Of a DNA stretch of 64,000 bases, positions 18,344 through 27,098 are shown one piece after another. Position 1 is the first letter of the stretch, and every line of letters starts with the position of its first letter. The position numbers and the translations under genes are program-made. Location of the stretch: contig OZ245761.1 in NCBI GenBank assembly GCA_965227535.1, positions 4,733,366 to 4,797,365 on the forward strand, given 5' to 3'. A model generated the notes under the pieces. The model was given only the letters and a program-made list of their open reading frames with translations. It had not been told where the DNA came from and did no database searches. The stretch comes from Micropepsaceae bacterium (GTDB lineage Bacteria > Pseudomonadota > Alphaproteobacteria > Micropepsales > Micropepsaceae).

Positions 18344-18760
18344 TCAAAACGTCGCGCACACGGGCCGATCGACCCGAAGCACCGCTTCCTGCTCAAACTT
18401 CACTTTGTACGCATCGACGATCGCGCCGATCGCCTGATCAGCTTCCGCCGACGGCGCATGCAGCCGAACGACCACCTTGCTCTTCTCCGAGATCGTCTTC
18501 TGGCTCGCTCCGTCGCGCCAAAACCCCGCGCTGTCGATCACGCTAAAGCCCTCCGCAAAGCGCGGGCTGATCTCGCGCGCCACGAACGCATCCCAATCGC
18601 GCGTGCTCACCACGCCGCCTTTAGGCCGGCTCATGCCGAAGAATAGCTGCGTCTCGACCATGGCGTCGCCGCTCGCGCACGACGCCGCGGGCGCGCCGGC
18701 TTCCGGCGTGACGCAGCCTGCCAAACTCAAGACCAGAACCACAGCGAAAGTGCGCACCAT
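18344..18760 (-). CDS. DUF3574-like lipoprotein
   Basis: Start reset to MVRTFAVVLVLSLAGC (lipobox). This ATG overlaps the stop of the upstream amidohydrolase by 1 nt (TGATG). FFGMSRPKGGVVSTRDWDAFVAREISPRF resembles DUF3574. Confidence 0.65.
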   Translation of the reverse strand: MVRTFAVVLVLSLAGCVTPEAGAPAASCASGDAMVETQLFFGMSRPKGGVVSTRDWDAFVAREISPRFAEGFSVIDSAGFWRDGASQKTISEKSKVVVRLHAPSAEADQAIGAIVDAYKVKFEQEAVLRVDRPVCATF

Positions 18761-20001
18761 CAGTGCAGCTCGTTCTTGTGAAAAGCGCCCGCCTTCATGA
18801 TGGCGCGAAGATGCTTGCCCTGATCCTGAAACAGCCCGAGATCCTTCAGCGGATCGCCGTCGACGACGATGAGATCCGCATGCGCGCCAACTTCGACGAC
18901 GCCCAACTTCCCCGTCTGCCGCACGACATCGGCCCCGACCAGCGTCGCCTGACGAATAATCTCGATCGGCGACAAGACTTCGGAGCGGAACAAGAACTCG
19001 CGCGACTGATCGACCTGCAACTGCCCCAGCAAATCGCTGCCATAGGCGACAGGCACGCCCGCGCGCTTGCAAATCTCAAGCGACTTCAGGCCGCCGTCGA
19101 TGACGATCTCGTTCTTCGCCAACATGTCGGCCGACAGCCCAAGCTGCCGCCCACGCTCCTTCATCGCGTAGTACGCCACAAGGTTCGCCACCATCAGCGC
19201 CTTGCGCTCGGCCATCAGATTCGCCGACGCGACGTCGATCAGATTGCCGTGCTCGATCGTGCGTACGCCGTTCTTCACCGCGCGTGTGATCGCTTCCGGC
19301 GTATACGCATGCGCCAACACATAGCGTCCGAAATTATGCGCCTCCTCGACCGCGCCCGCGATCTCGGCTTCGGAATACTGCAAACTGTCGAGCGGATCCC
19401 ACGGCGAGGCGACGCCGCCCGACACGAAAATCTTGATCTGATCCGCACCCTGGCGCATCTGCTCGCGCACCGCCTTGCGCACGCCGTCGACGCCGTCGGC
19501 CGTCTCCAGCACGAACGACAGCGCGTTGCAGCACTTGCAAGGCCCATCACCCGCCGTCCGCCGCCGAGAGTCCCCATGCCCGCCGGTCATCGAAATCGGC
19601 CGCCCGGAAATGAACAACCGCGGCCCGGCCAGCACACCGGTCTTGACCGCTTCCTTGATTCCCCAATCCGCGCCGCCCGTATCGCGCACCGTCGTGAACC
19701 CGCGGTCCAGCATCTCGCGCATCAACTTCGACGCCTTCGCCGCCATCAACGTCAGCGGCATCGACTCCAGCCGGCCGAGCCCCAACTCCACGAGATAAAC
19801 GTGCACGTGACAGTCGATGAGCCCCGGCATCAACGTGCCGCCACCGCAATCGACAACGCGCGCGCCGGCGGCTTTCACGGGCTTATCCGAAACCTCCCGG
19901 ATCACCCCGCCCTCGACCAAAACCTCATACCCCCGCCGCGCTTCATCCCAGCGCGGGTCGAGCAAAGAGGCGTTGCGGAACAAGGTCGTCGCGTTAGTCA
20001 T
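18760..20001 (-). CDS. Amidohydrolase-family metal-dependent hydrolase
   Basis: GLIDCHVHV metal-binding HxH motif and a TIM-barrel-sized body, with HAY.../IEHG and ADLIVVDGDPL typical of the amidohydrolase_1 family. Confidence 0.85.
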   Translation of the reverse strand: MTNATTLFRNASLLDPRWDEARRGYEVLVEGGVIREVSDKPVKAAGARVVDCGGGTLMPGLIDCHVHVYLVELGLGRLESMPLTLMAAKASKLMREMLDRGFTTVRDTGGADWGIKEAVKTGVLAGPRLFISGRPISMTGGHGDSRRRTAGDGPCKCCNALSFVLETADGVDGVRKAVREQMRQGADQIKIFVSGGVASPWDPLDSLQYSEAEIAGAVEEAHNFGRYVLAHAYTPEAITRAVKNGVRTIEHGNLIDVASANLMAERKALMVANLVAYYAMKERGRQLGLSADMLAKNEIVIDGGLKSLEICKRAGVPVAYGSDLLGQLQVDQSREFLFRSEVLSPIEIIRQATLVGADVVRQTGKLGVVEVGAHADLIVVDGDPLKDLGLFQDQGKHLRAIMKAGAFHKNELH

Positions 20002-20118
20002 AGTGCATCCGAAAGAGTCTCCGGATCATCCGCGACCCGCCCCCGCGCGGCAAGGCGCAACCGGGCTTCACCCCGCGGAAATCGAGGCCAAGCCCGGTGG
20101 TTAAGCGGTATGCGTTGG

Positions 20119-20652
20119 CTAGAGGTCGAAGCGGATACCGACCGTCAAAGTGCTGTCGCTGATGCCCGAGTCGGTTAGCATTTCGACATACCGGTAGTTC
20201 GCCACAATCTCGGTGCTCTCCGACACCTCAAGGCTCAGACCCAGCTTAAGCTGCGATGCGAGCTCCACGTCGCTATCGCTAAAGCCCCAAGAGTACTCGA
20301 CGGCAACATTGTCGGCGCCGACGCCCAGGCCGATCGCCACAGACACGTCCTCGCTAATGGCAGCCTCGAAAACAGCATTCAGCATAAGGGTCGTTTGCTC
20401 GATGTCGACTTCCCCAAACCCGTAGTCGGTGGTCGACCGATAGCCAAGTTCGGCTTCGAAACTGACATTCGAAGAGACGCCGCGGCCGACTGTCAAAAGT
20501 CCAGCCCATCCAGAGTCGCCCGAACTCGCAACCCCGTCGAATTCGACGCCGCCCTCAAGCGCGAGATACCAAGGCCGCTCATCCGCACCGGCCGGCGCAG
20601 CGAAAGCCAGCGCGCTCACGACCGATCCCAACACCAACAAATGACGCATCAT
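20119..20652 (-). CDS. Small outer-membrane beta-barrel protein
   Basis: Signal peptide MMRHLLVLGSVVSALAFAAPAGA, alternating hydrophobic beta-strand pattern, C-terminus LTVGIRFDL. Confidence 0.75.
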   Translation of the reverse strand: MMRHLLVLGSVVSALAFAAPAGADERPWYLALEGGVEFDGVASSGDSGWAGLLTVGRGVSSNVSFEAELGYRSTTDYGFGEVDIEQTTLMLNAVFEAAISEDVSVAIGLGVGADNVAVEYSWGFSDSDVELASQLKLGLSLEVSESTEIVANYRYVEMLTDSGISDSTLTVGIRFDL

Positions 20653-20849
20653 ATCCCCCGCCAATCCGGCTCCACCCGGACGAAATCCAGAGCCAAAGCT
20701 AGCACAGTGAACCGACTAAGGAACCTCAGTTGCAGATCAAACAAAGATGACGTGATCGTTCGGGCACACTGTCGAGAAAGTGCCGTTTCACACCGTGGCC
20801 GTTTACGCTATTCACGTCAAAATCACCGACAGGTTGTTTATCGCGCGCC

Positions 20850-22145
20850 GTGATCAGATCACCCCATCTTCCGCCGCCCTATGACCGCTTGCCGGCGCTC
20901 ATCGCCCAGGGCGCGCCGCCCGACGCCGCGAACGTTTTGCGCGGCACGTTGTTCGCGAACATCCTGCGCTACGCCAAGGCGTCCTCGCCATTCTACGCCG
21001 AGCGCATTCCCGACACGCTGCTTCAGCCGACGGCGACGCAAGCGTTATGGCGAACCGTCCGCACACTGACGAAAGACGATCTCCGCGCGCATGACGGCCT
21101 GATCAAAATCGCCAAGCCCCCGCCGTTCGCCGGCGAGACGCGCTCGGCCTGGACGTCCGGCTCGACCGGTACGCCGTTCAACGGCGACATCAGCGCCATC
21201 GCCGACTACATGAACGCCCTGGTTCTGGAGCGGCTTTATGATTGGTGGAACATCGACGGTGCGAAGGACATCATGCACCTCGCCGTCGACCGCCAAGGCT
21301 ATCAGGTCAAGCCCGGCGTTGAAACGAAGCAAGGCTGGCGCCTCGGCGACCCGCGCGGCAAGTACCACCGCCTGACCGTCTCCACCGGTCTCGACGCGCA
21401 GCTCGATCACATGCGTGTGCTCAGGCCCGCGTATCTCAAGGTCGCCGCGGTCCACCTTGGAGCGCTGGCCCTGCGCGCGCGCGAACGCAACCTGGATATC
21501 GCCTTCGACGCCGTCTTCGCCGGCGCCGCGCCGCTCATGGCCGACGAGCGCCGCTTGGTCGAGCAGATCTTCGGCTGCCGGGTGATCGACATCTACGGCA
21601 CGGAGGAAATCGGCATCATCGCCGCCGACTGTCCCAGCTGCGGCGCCTACCACCCCGCCATCGACGTGATGCAGTTCGAAGTGCTGCGCAACGATGGCGC
21701 GCCGGCCCAAGCAGGCGAGACGGGCCGCGTGGTCGTGACGCCGTATCTGAACTTCGCGATGCCGTTGATCCGCTACGAGACGGGTGACGTCGTCGAAGTG
21801 GGCGAGGGGGACCATTGCCCAAACGGCGCGATCCGCCTCAGCCGCATCATCGGCCGTAGCAAGAACCTCTTCACGCAAAGCGACGGCCAGAAATTTCTGC
21901 CCTACGTCGCGCTCGGCGAGGTCGCAAGCCTCGGCCCCGTCGACCGCTTCCGTTTCGTGCAGACCAGCCTCACGACCATCGAGTTCCGCTACAAGCTCTC
22001 AGGCCCCGGCGCGATCGACCTCGATCGCCTTGCCAAGGTGTCCCGCAAATACCTAGGCCCCGCCTTCACGGTCACCGCCACGCCCATGCCGCCGTCCGAT
22101 GACGACGCCGGCCGCAAACACCTCGTCTTCGAGAGCTTGATCTAG
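20850..22145 (+). CDS. Adenylate-forming enzyme of the PaaK / coenzyme F390 synthetase-like family
   Basis: TSGSTGTPF P-loop-like AMP motif, YGTEE, YETGD. GTG start. Size (431 aa) fits the phenylacetate-CoA ligase-like family. Substrate unknown. Confidence 0.7.
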   Translation: MIRSPHLPPPYDRLPALIAQGAPPDAANVLRGTLFANILRYAKASSPFYAERIPDTLLQPTATQALWRTVRTLTKDDLRAHDGLIKIAKPPPFAGETRSAWTSGSTGTPFNGDISAIADYMNALVLERLYDWWNIDGAKDIMHLAVDRQGYQVKPGVETKQGWRLGDPRGKYHRLTVSTGLDAQLDHMRVLRPAYLKVAAVHLGALALRARERNLDIAFDAVFAGAAPLMADERRLVEQIFGCRVIDIYGTEEIGIIAADCPSCGAYHPAIDVMQFEVLRNDGAPAQAGETGRVVVTPYLNFAMPLIRYETGDVVEVGEGDHCPNGAIRLSRIIGRSKNLFTQSDGQKFLPYVALGEVASLGPVDRFRFVQTSLTTIEFRYKLSGPGAIDLDRLAKVSRKYLGPAFTVTATPMPPSDDDAGRKHLVFESLI

Positions 22146-22146
22146 C

Positions 22147-22181
22147 CAAAGAAAAAGGGCGGAGCCTTTCGGCACCGCCCT
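22147..22181 (-). terminator. Rho-independent terminator for the ompA-family gene
   Basis: On the minus strand: agggcgg-tgccgaaaggct-ccgccct followed by TTTTTCTTTGG. Located between the convergent stops at 22143-22145 and 22208-22210. Confidence 0.65.
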
Positions 22182-22207
22182 CAAACGCATTTCTTGCGAC
22201 GCGAGGA

Positions 22208-23260
22208 CTAATCGAGATCGATCGTCGCGCGGCGGTTCTGCGGCTCTTTCACGTTGTCGCCCGTCTTGACGAGCAACTCGCTCTCGCCACGGCCCGACGC
22301 AGTGATCGAACCGGCCGAGACGCCCTTCGACACCAGACCCGACTTCGCCGCATTCGCGCGGCAGCTCGACAGGCGGTTGTTGTAGGCGTCCGAACCAACC
22401 GTATCCGTGTGGCCCACGATCTGAACGCTGGCCGAACCGTCCGCCTTCGCGGCGTCGGCGGCTTCGCTCAGCACCTTGTCGGCTTCCGGCGTGATGTTGC
22501 ACTTGTTGAAGCCGAAATAGATGATGAACTGCTTCGGCTCGGCAGTGGGTTCCGGCGGAACGACCGGCGGCTGCGAGACGACCGGCGCTTCGTCCTCATA
22601 GAGGTCGTAACGCAGACCGACCGACACCGTATGATTTTCGATATCGTCGAACGCGAAGTTGTCCACGTGGCCGACATGAGGCACGCCAAACTCCGGCTCG
22701 TTCACGACCTGATAGCGATACGTGAGCGTAAGATCGAGGCGGTCGGTCACCTCGTATGACAGACCGGCGATGCCCTGATAGGCAAAATTCCAATCGTCGT
22801 CGTCCCCGGCGCCCGGGAACGGTGCGTCGAGTTCGGAGCGGCTGACGCCTGCGCCGACGCCGAAGGTCAGGTCAAGGCGCTCGGTCAGCGGAATGTCATA
22901 GAGGACATTCGCCACGATCGACAGCTGGTTCAGATCGCCGCCGGTGGCATTGAAGCCGCCCGACGTGACGAAGAGATCGATGTCATTCTTGCGATAGGCG
23001 CCTTCGAGTTCGACGCGCCAGTTGTTGTCGAACGCGTAACCGACCGTGGCCAGCACGGACCAGCCTGTGTCGAACTGAAACGTGTCCGTCGTGGTCGGTG
23101 CAGACGAACTGAAGCCGACGAGACCGTTGTTGTCGTCGACCCAGTTAGCGCCGCCTTCGAGACCGATGTACCAGCCGTTGTTGCGGGCTTCGGATTGCTG
23201 CGACATGGCGATGACGGAGACGGCCGCGACCGTTCCGAGCAGAAGTGCTTTCAGTTTCAT
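22208..23260 (-). CDS. OmpA-family outer-membrane protein (N-terminal beta-barrel plus C-terminal OmpA-like peptidoglycan-binding domain)
   Basis: Start reset to MKLKALLLGTVAAVSVIAMSQQSEA. Pro-rich hinge PPVVPPEP. The C-terminus IVGHTDTVGSDAYNNRLSSCRANA...NRRATIDLD is the OmpA_C signature. Confidence 0.9.
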   Translation of the reverse strand: MKLKALLLGTVAAVSVIAMSQQSEARNNGWYIGLEGGANWVDDNNGLVGFSSSAPTTTDTFQFDTGWSVLATVGYAFDNNWRVELEGAYRKNDIDLFVTSGGFNATGGDLNQLSIVANVLYDIPLTERLDLTFGVGAGVSRSELDAPFPGAGDDDDWNFAYQGIAGLSYEVTDRLDLTLTYRYQVVNEPEFGVPHVGHVDNFAFDDIENHTVSVGLRYDLYEDEAPVVSQPPVVPPEPTAEPKQFIIYFGFNKCNITPEADKVLSEAADAAKADGSASVQIVGHTDTVGSDAYNNRLSSCRANAAKSGLVSKGVSAGSITASGRGESELLVKTGDNVKEPQNRRATIDLD

Positions 23261-23616
23261 GAGAACCCCATTATTGAACCAGGACGCTGCGGAGGGGGCA
23301 GCGCCGCCCCAGTTGGCGCGTTTAGTTACCAGCGTGAACGCAGGGGTCAATGCGTAAAACGTAGATTCCGCCAAGTTATTTCGTCGCCTGACGCATGATG
23401 ACGCAGGAATATAGTCATCAGCGGCGGGATGCGCGCGTTGCGTGCAGGAATCGCCTCCTAGGGGGTACCCCATTAGGGATACGGAGAGGCCCAGCGACAC
23501 AACGACTCCGGGAAGTCGCACAAATACTCGCGAATCGCGACGATCGAGCAGCGGCCAAGCTTGCCGGTCTCAGGTCATGTGACCGGGGCGGGCCGACGAA
23601 CGCGGGGACACAGTGA

Positions 23617-24909
23617 TCATGCCGCTTCGCTGACCGTTTCTCTCGCGATGCGATCGGCCGATCCCGTGATCAGCCGCACGCCGCGCTGATACGTCAAATA
23701 CGACCACGCCCAACTGAGCGCGACGATGAAGCGATTGCGAAATCCGATCAGGAAATAGACGTGCACGAACGACCACAGCAGCCACGCGAACAAGCCCCTG
23801 AACCGCGCCCACCCGAAATCGACGACAGCCTTTGAGTGTCCGATCGTCGCGAGGTTGCCGTAGTCGGCATAGCGGAATGGAGGGGGCGGGGCGTTCCCGC
23901 GCACTTTAGCGTCGATCACGCTCGCAACGTAGGCGCCCGCCTGCTTCGCTGCCGGTGCTACACCCGGAAGCATCTCGCCTTTGGCGCTCTTGAACGCGGC
24001 GGTATCGCCGACGACGAAGATGTTCTCGTGTCCCGGCACCGAGAAGTCGTCGCTCACCATCACGCGGCCCGCGCGATCGCACGACGCCTTCAGCCATTCG
24101 CCGGCCGCCGACGCGCGCACGCCCGCCGCCCAAATCACGGTCTTCGACGGCAACGCGTGAGCGCCGACCATCACGTGATCGTCCGTAATATCGGTGACAG
24201 CTTGCCCGACGCGCACGTCGACGCCCATCTTCTCAAGCGAAGCCTTGGCCACCGCCGACAGGGATTCCGGAAAGCTGGGCAACAACCGGGGCCCCGCCTC
24301 GACCAGCACGATGCGCGAACTCTCCGGCATGATCGAACGGAAGTCCGCGACGATGGACCGCCGCGCCAACTCCGCAATCGCCCCCGCCATCTCGACGCCC
24401 GTCGGGCCGCCGCCGACGATGACGAAGGTCAGCAGCGCCTCGCGCTTCGCTGGATCGGCCTCGCCCTCGGCCCGCTCGAACGCCAACAGGATCTTCGCGC
24501 GCACGCGTGTCGCGTCGTCGATCGTCTTGATGCCGGGCGCCACAGCCTCCCAAGCGTCCTTGCCGAAGTAGCTATGCCGCGCGCCGGTCGCGATCAGCAG
24601 ATAATCGTAAGCCACCGGTTCTCCGCTCAAGAGGCGTACGGTCTTGCGCGCGCTGTCCACGCTCGTGACTTTGTCGAGAACCACCCGCGCATTGCGTTGC
24701 CCGCGCAAAATGTGCCGGATCGGCTGCGCGATCTCGCCCGGCGACAGCGACGCCGTCGCCACCTGATAGAGCAGCGGCTGAAACAGATGATAGTTGTAGC
24801 GGTCAACAACGGTCAGCTCGACCGGCGCTCGCTTCAAGGCCTTGGCCGCAGCAAGGCCCCCAAATCCCGCGCCGACAATAACGACGCGCGGCGTCTGGGA
24901 TTCGCTCAT
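23617..24909 (-). CDS. ndh: Type II NADH:quinone oxidoreductase (NDH-2)
   Basis: Start reset to MSESQTPRVVIVGAGFGGLAAAK (AGAGGTGG RBS). Second dinucleotide fold FVIVGGGPTGVEMAGA. C-terminal membrane-anchoring helices. Confidence 0.9.
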   Translation of the reverse strand: MSESQTPRVVIVGAGFGGLAAAKALKRAPVELTVVDRYNYHLFQPLLYQVATASLSPGEIAQPIRHILRGQRNARVVLDKVTSVDSARKTVRLLSGEPVAYDYLLIATGARHSYFGKDAWEAVAPGIKTIDDATRVRAKILLAFERAEGEADPAKREALLTFVIVGGGPTGVEMAGAIAELARRSIVADFRSIMPESSRIVLVEAGPRLLPSFPESLSAVAKASLEKMGVDVRVGQAVTDITDDHVMVGAHALPSKTVIWAAGVRASAAGEWLKASCDRAGRVMVSDDFSVPGHENIFVVGDTAAFKSAKGEMLPGVAPAAKQAGAYVASVIDAKVRGNAPPPPFRYADYGNLATIGHSKAVVDFGWARFRGLFAWLLWSFVHVYFLIGFRNRFIVALSWAWSYLTYQRGVRLITGSADRIARETVSEAA

Positions 24910-25113
24910 GGCCCACCTCTTTTTCGAGCGTGGATATAGGTGCAATCGGGGTTGTGGACCAAGCTCAATCTGTGGCTTTGAAGTCGCGGCGACCGCCGCG
25001 ATTTTTCCCCTAATTGCGCCAAACGTTAACAGCCGTCTCGTCCACCAAGATTGCGCCGAATCAGCCGTTCCCGCATCCTTTGTGAGTGATTCTCTCCAAG
25101 CCCAGGTGCGCAC

Positions 25114-25305
25114 ATGGCTAGCCCGACCGATTTTGCTCTGAAGCACGGCCTCGCGACGGCCGGCGCGATTCCTTCGACGATCGCCGCGAACTGGTATCTC
25201 GAAACGCTCAGCCCCGCGGGCATCGCGCTGATGTTCGTGCTGTTCCTGGCGATCTTCAACATGGCCGCGGCCTTCATCCCGACCGGCCGTAAGTCGACCG
25301 ACTAA
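25114..25305 (+). CDS. Small hypothetical membrane protein (63 aa)
   Basis: One clear TM segment (GIALMFVLFLAIFNMAAAFI) and AGGTG upstream of the ATG. No family recognised. Confidence 0.35.
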   Translation: MASPTDFALKHGLATAGAIPSTIAANWYLETLSPAGIALMFVLFLAIFNMAAAFIPTGRKSTD

Positions 25306-25332
25306 CGCGACAACAAAAAGAAGAGGATTTCG

Positions 25333-26394
25333 ATGCGCGGATTCAAACCGGGCCTGATGTTGCTCGTCGGCGGCATGGCGTTGCTCGTCGTAAGCTGCTC
25401 ACCCGCCCCCGAAAGCAGTTCGTCGGCGCCCGCGTCCGACACCGCCTCCGCACCCGAACCCACTGAAGTCGCCGAGGCGCCCGGTGCCGCGCCGCCACCA
25501 CCCGCCGCGGTCGAAGCACCTCCGCCCGCAATGTCCGCCGAGCCTCCGCCCGAACCGGAAGACTACGGCGACCTCTCGCCCGGCGCCGGTGCGCCGGATC
25601 CCGCAGGCGGCAGCGGCCCGCCGCCCGACATGTCCCACGGCAGCGGCGCACCCCCGCCGCACTACGGCCCGCCGATGCACGACCCGGCGCCGAGCGCGCC
25701 CAGCGCCATGCCGCCCGCCGCCGCCGGCGATCCGCCGCTCCGGGGACACAGTGGCGCGAAGGTGCTGAGCTATTACCAACAATCGCGCACGCAGATCGAC
25801 ACGCAGCGCGCCTTCGGCTTCGTCCTGATGCCCAAGGCCGCAGTGACCGCCGAAGACAAACGCACGCAGAAAGACTTCTGCACGACCGTCTTGGCGACGA
25901 TGGATTTCATGACGCCGGGCGCCGTCTCCGCTTCTGCACCACGCGACGTGCTCGCCACGTATTGGCCCGTCGTCGGCTCGCGCGAATCCTATGAGATCAA
26001 GCAAGCCTTCGCCGAACGCAACTGCGACGACCTTATTGCCTGGTACGATTACCGCCTCGCCCGCACGCTGGCCGCGAAAGCGGGCGTCGCCGAACTCACC
26101 GGCCCGCTTCTCATCACCTGGCCGTCATCCGGCGCCGAGGGCCAAGCCGCACGCGACCCATTGATCGTCGACTTCTCGAAGGCCGACCACGCCCGCGCCG
26201 CGAAGGCGCTGACCTACTGGTTCCGCCAAGTGAAGTCGCGCCCCGACCTGTGGACCAACCGCATTCGCGAAGGCACCATCCGCGCCGAACTTGCCGACGC
26301 CGTGAACGACACCGCCGGCGTCGTACTCGCCGTCATGGCCGGCAAATGGGACTCGCTCACCGTCGTAGCCTCAGCAAACGCAACGCCGCTTTAG
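25333..26394 (+). CDS. Proline-rich lipoprotein of unknown function
   Basis: AAGAGGA RBS and lipobox LLVVSC. About 110 aa of Pro/Ala-rich linker, then a globular C-terminal domain. Confidence 0.65.
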   Translation: MRGFKPGLMLLVGGMALLVVSCSPAPESSSSAPASDTASAPEPTEVAEAPGAAPPPPAAVEAPPPAMSAEPPPEPEDYGDLSPGAGAPDPAGGSGPPPDMSHGSGAPPPHYGPPMHDPAPSAPSAMPPAAAGDPPLRGHSGAKVLSYYQQSRTQIDTQRAFGFVLMPKAAVTAEDKRTQKDFCTTVLATMDFMTPGAVSASAPRDVLATYWPVVGSRESYEIKQAFAERNCDDLIAWYDYRLARTLAAKAGVAELTGPLLITWPSSGAEGQAARDPLIVDFSKADHARAAKALTYWFRQVKSRPDLWTNRIREGTIRAELADAVNDTAGVVLAVMAGKWDSLTVVASANATPL

Positions 26395-26423
26395 AACGGC
26401 GGCCATGCCGCCAGAAGAATATT

Positions 26424-26585
26424 GAAACACGAAGCGCACGAAGAACACCAAGACGCCGAGCCAGGAATGGATGCTCCTGGGCGTTTTGCGTTGTTTGGCG
26501 CGAAGCGCCATTTTGATCTGATCATTCGAAGGACGCGGCCGCCCTCATTCTTACTGCTTGGTGTTCTTCGTGGTCTTCGTGTTTC
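26424..26585. repeat. Long inverted repeat (29-nt arms, 104-nt spacer) downstream of the GxxExxY gene
   Basis: gaaacacgaagcgcacgaagaacaccaag (26424-26452) pairs with cttggtgttcttcgtggtcttcgtgtttc (26557-26585), 27/29 complementary. The spacer contains a ggcgcgaagcgcc hairpin. Confidence 0.6.
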
Positions 26586-26597
26586 AAATCCTAAGAC

Positions 26598-26999
26598 CTA
26601 AACAACCATCCGCCGGATGCCGGACCTGAACAGCCTGACGTTGAAGTTCACCAGAAACCCGACGCGATGCCCGGAGAGCCGCAGATAAGTCATCAGCTGC
26701 GCTTCATGTATGGGCAGGACAGTCTCTACCGCCTTGATCTCAACGATCACACACGACGCCACCAGTAGGTCCAACCGAAAACCCGCATCCAACCGTGTCC
26801 CCGCGTAGGTGATCGGGACCACGGCCTGACGCTCTACGCTCACGCCGCGCAACGATAGCTCGTGGGCAAGGCAGTGCTCATAGACTGACTCGAGCAATCC
26901 TGGACCAAGCGTTTGGTGCACGCGGAACGCAGCATCGACAACCTGCGCGGCGACCGCTTCGGTTTCGGGTGACATCGACAGGCCCTGCATGACGGTCAA
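26598..26999 (-). CDS. GxxExxY-family protein (PD-(D/E)XK-superfamily fold)
   Basis: LGPGLLESVYEHCLAHEL carries the GxxExxY motif. VIVEIKAV and HEAQLMTYLRLSG follow the family pattern. G+C looks lower than in neighbouring genes by eye. Confidence 0.8.
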   Translation of the reverse strand: MTVMQGLSMSPETEAVAAQVVDAAFRVHQTLGPGLLESVYEHCLAHELSLRGVSVERQAVVPITYAGTRLDAGFRLDLLVASCVIVEIKAVETVLPIHEAQLMTYLRLSGHRVGFLVNFNVRLFRSGIRRMVV

Positions 27000-27098
27000 A
27001 ATCTACTGCCTGCGCCTGCACCGATCCAGCCAAAACACCGTATAGCCGCGCCCTTAGGGTCGGCTATAGTCCGCGCGCTAAACGAACCCGAGAGTACA

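Noticed and set aside
27000-27098. Possible TPP riboswitch or regulatory hairpin (tatagccg...cggctata) upstream of the ThDP-dependent E1 gene.
   Set aside because: Only a single 8-bp hairpin is present, with no CUGAGA / ACCUGAUCUGGAUAAUGCCAGCG-like THI-box core. The leader is too short for a TPP aptamer plus expression platform.
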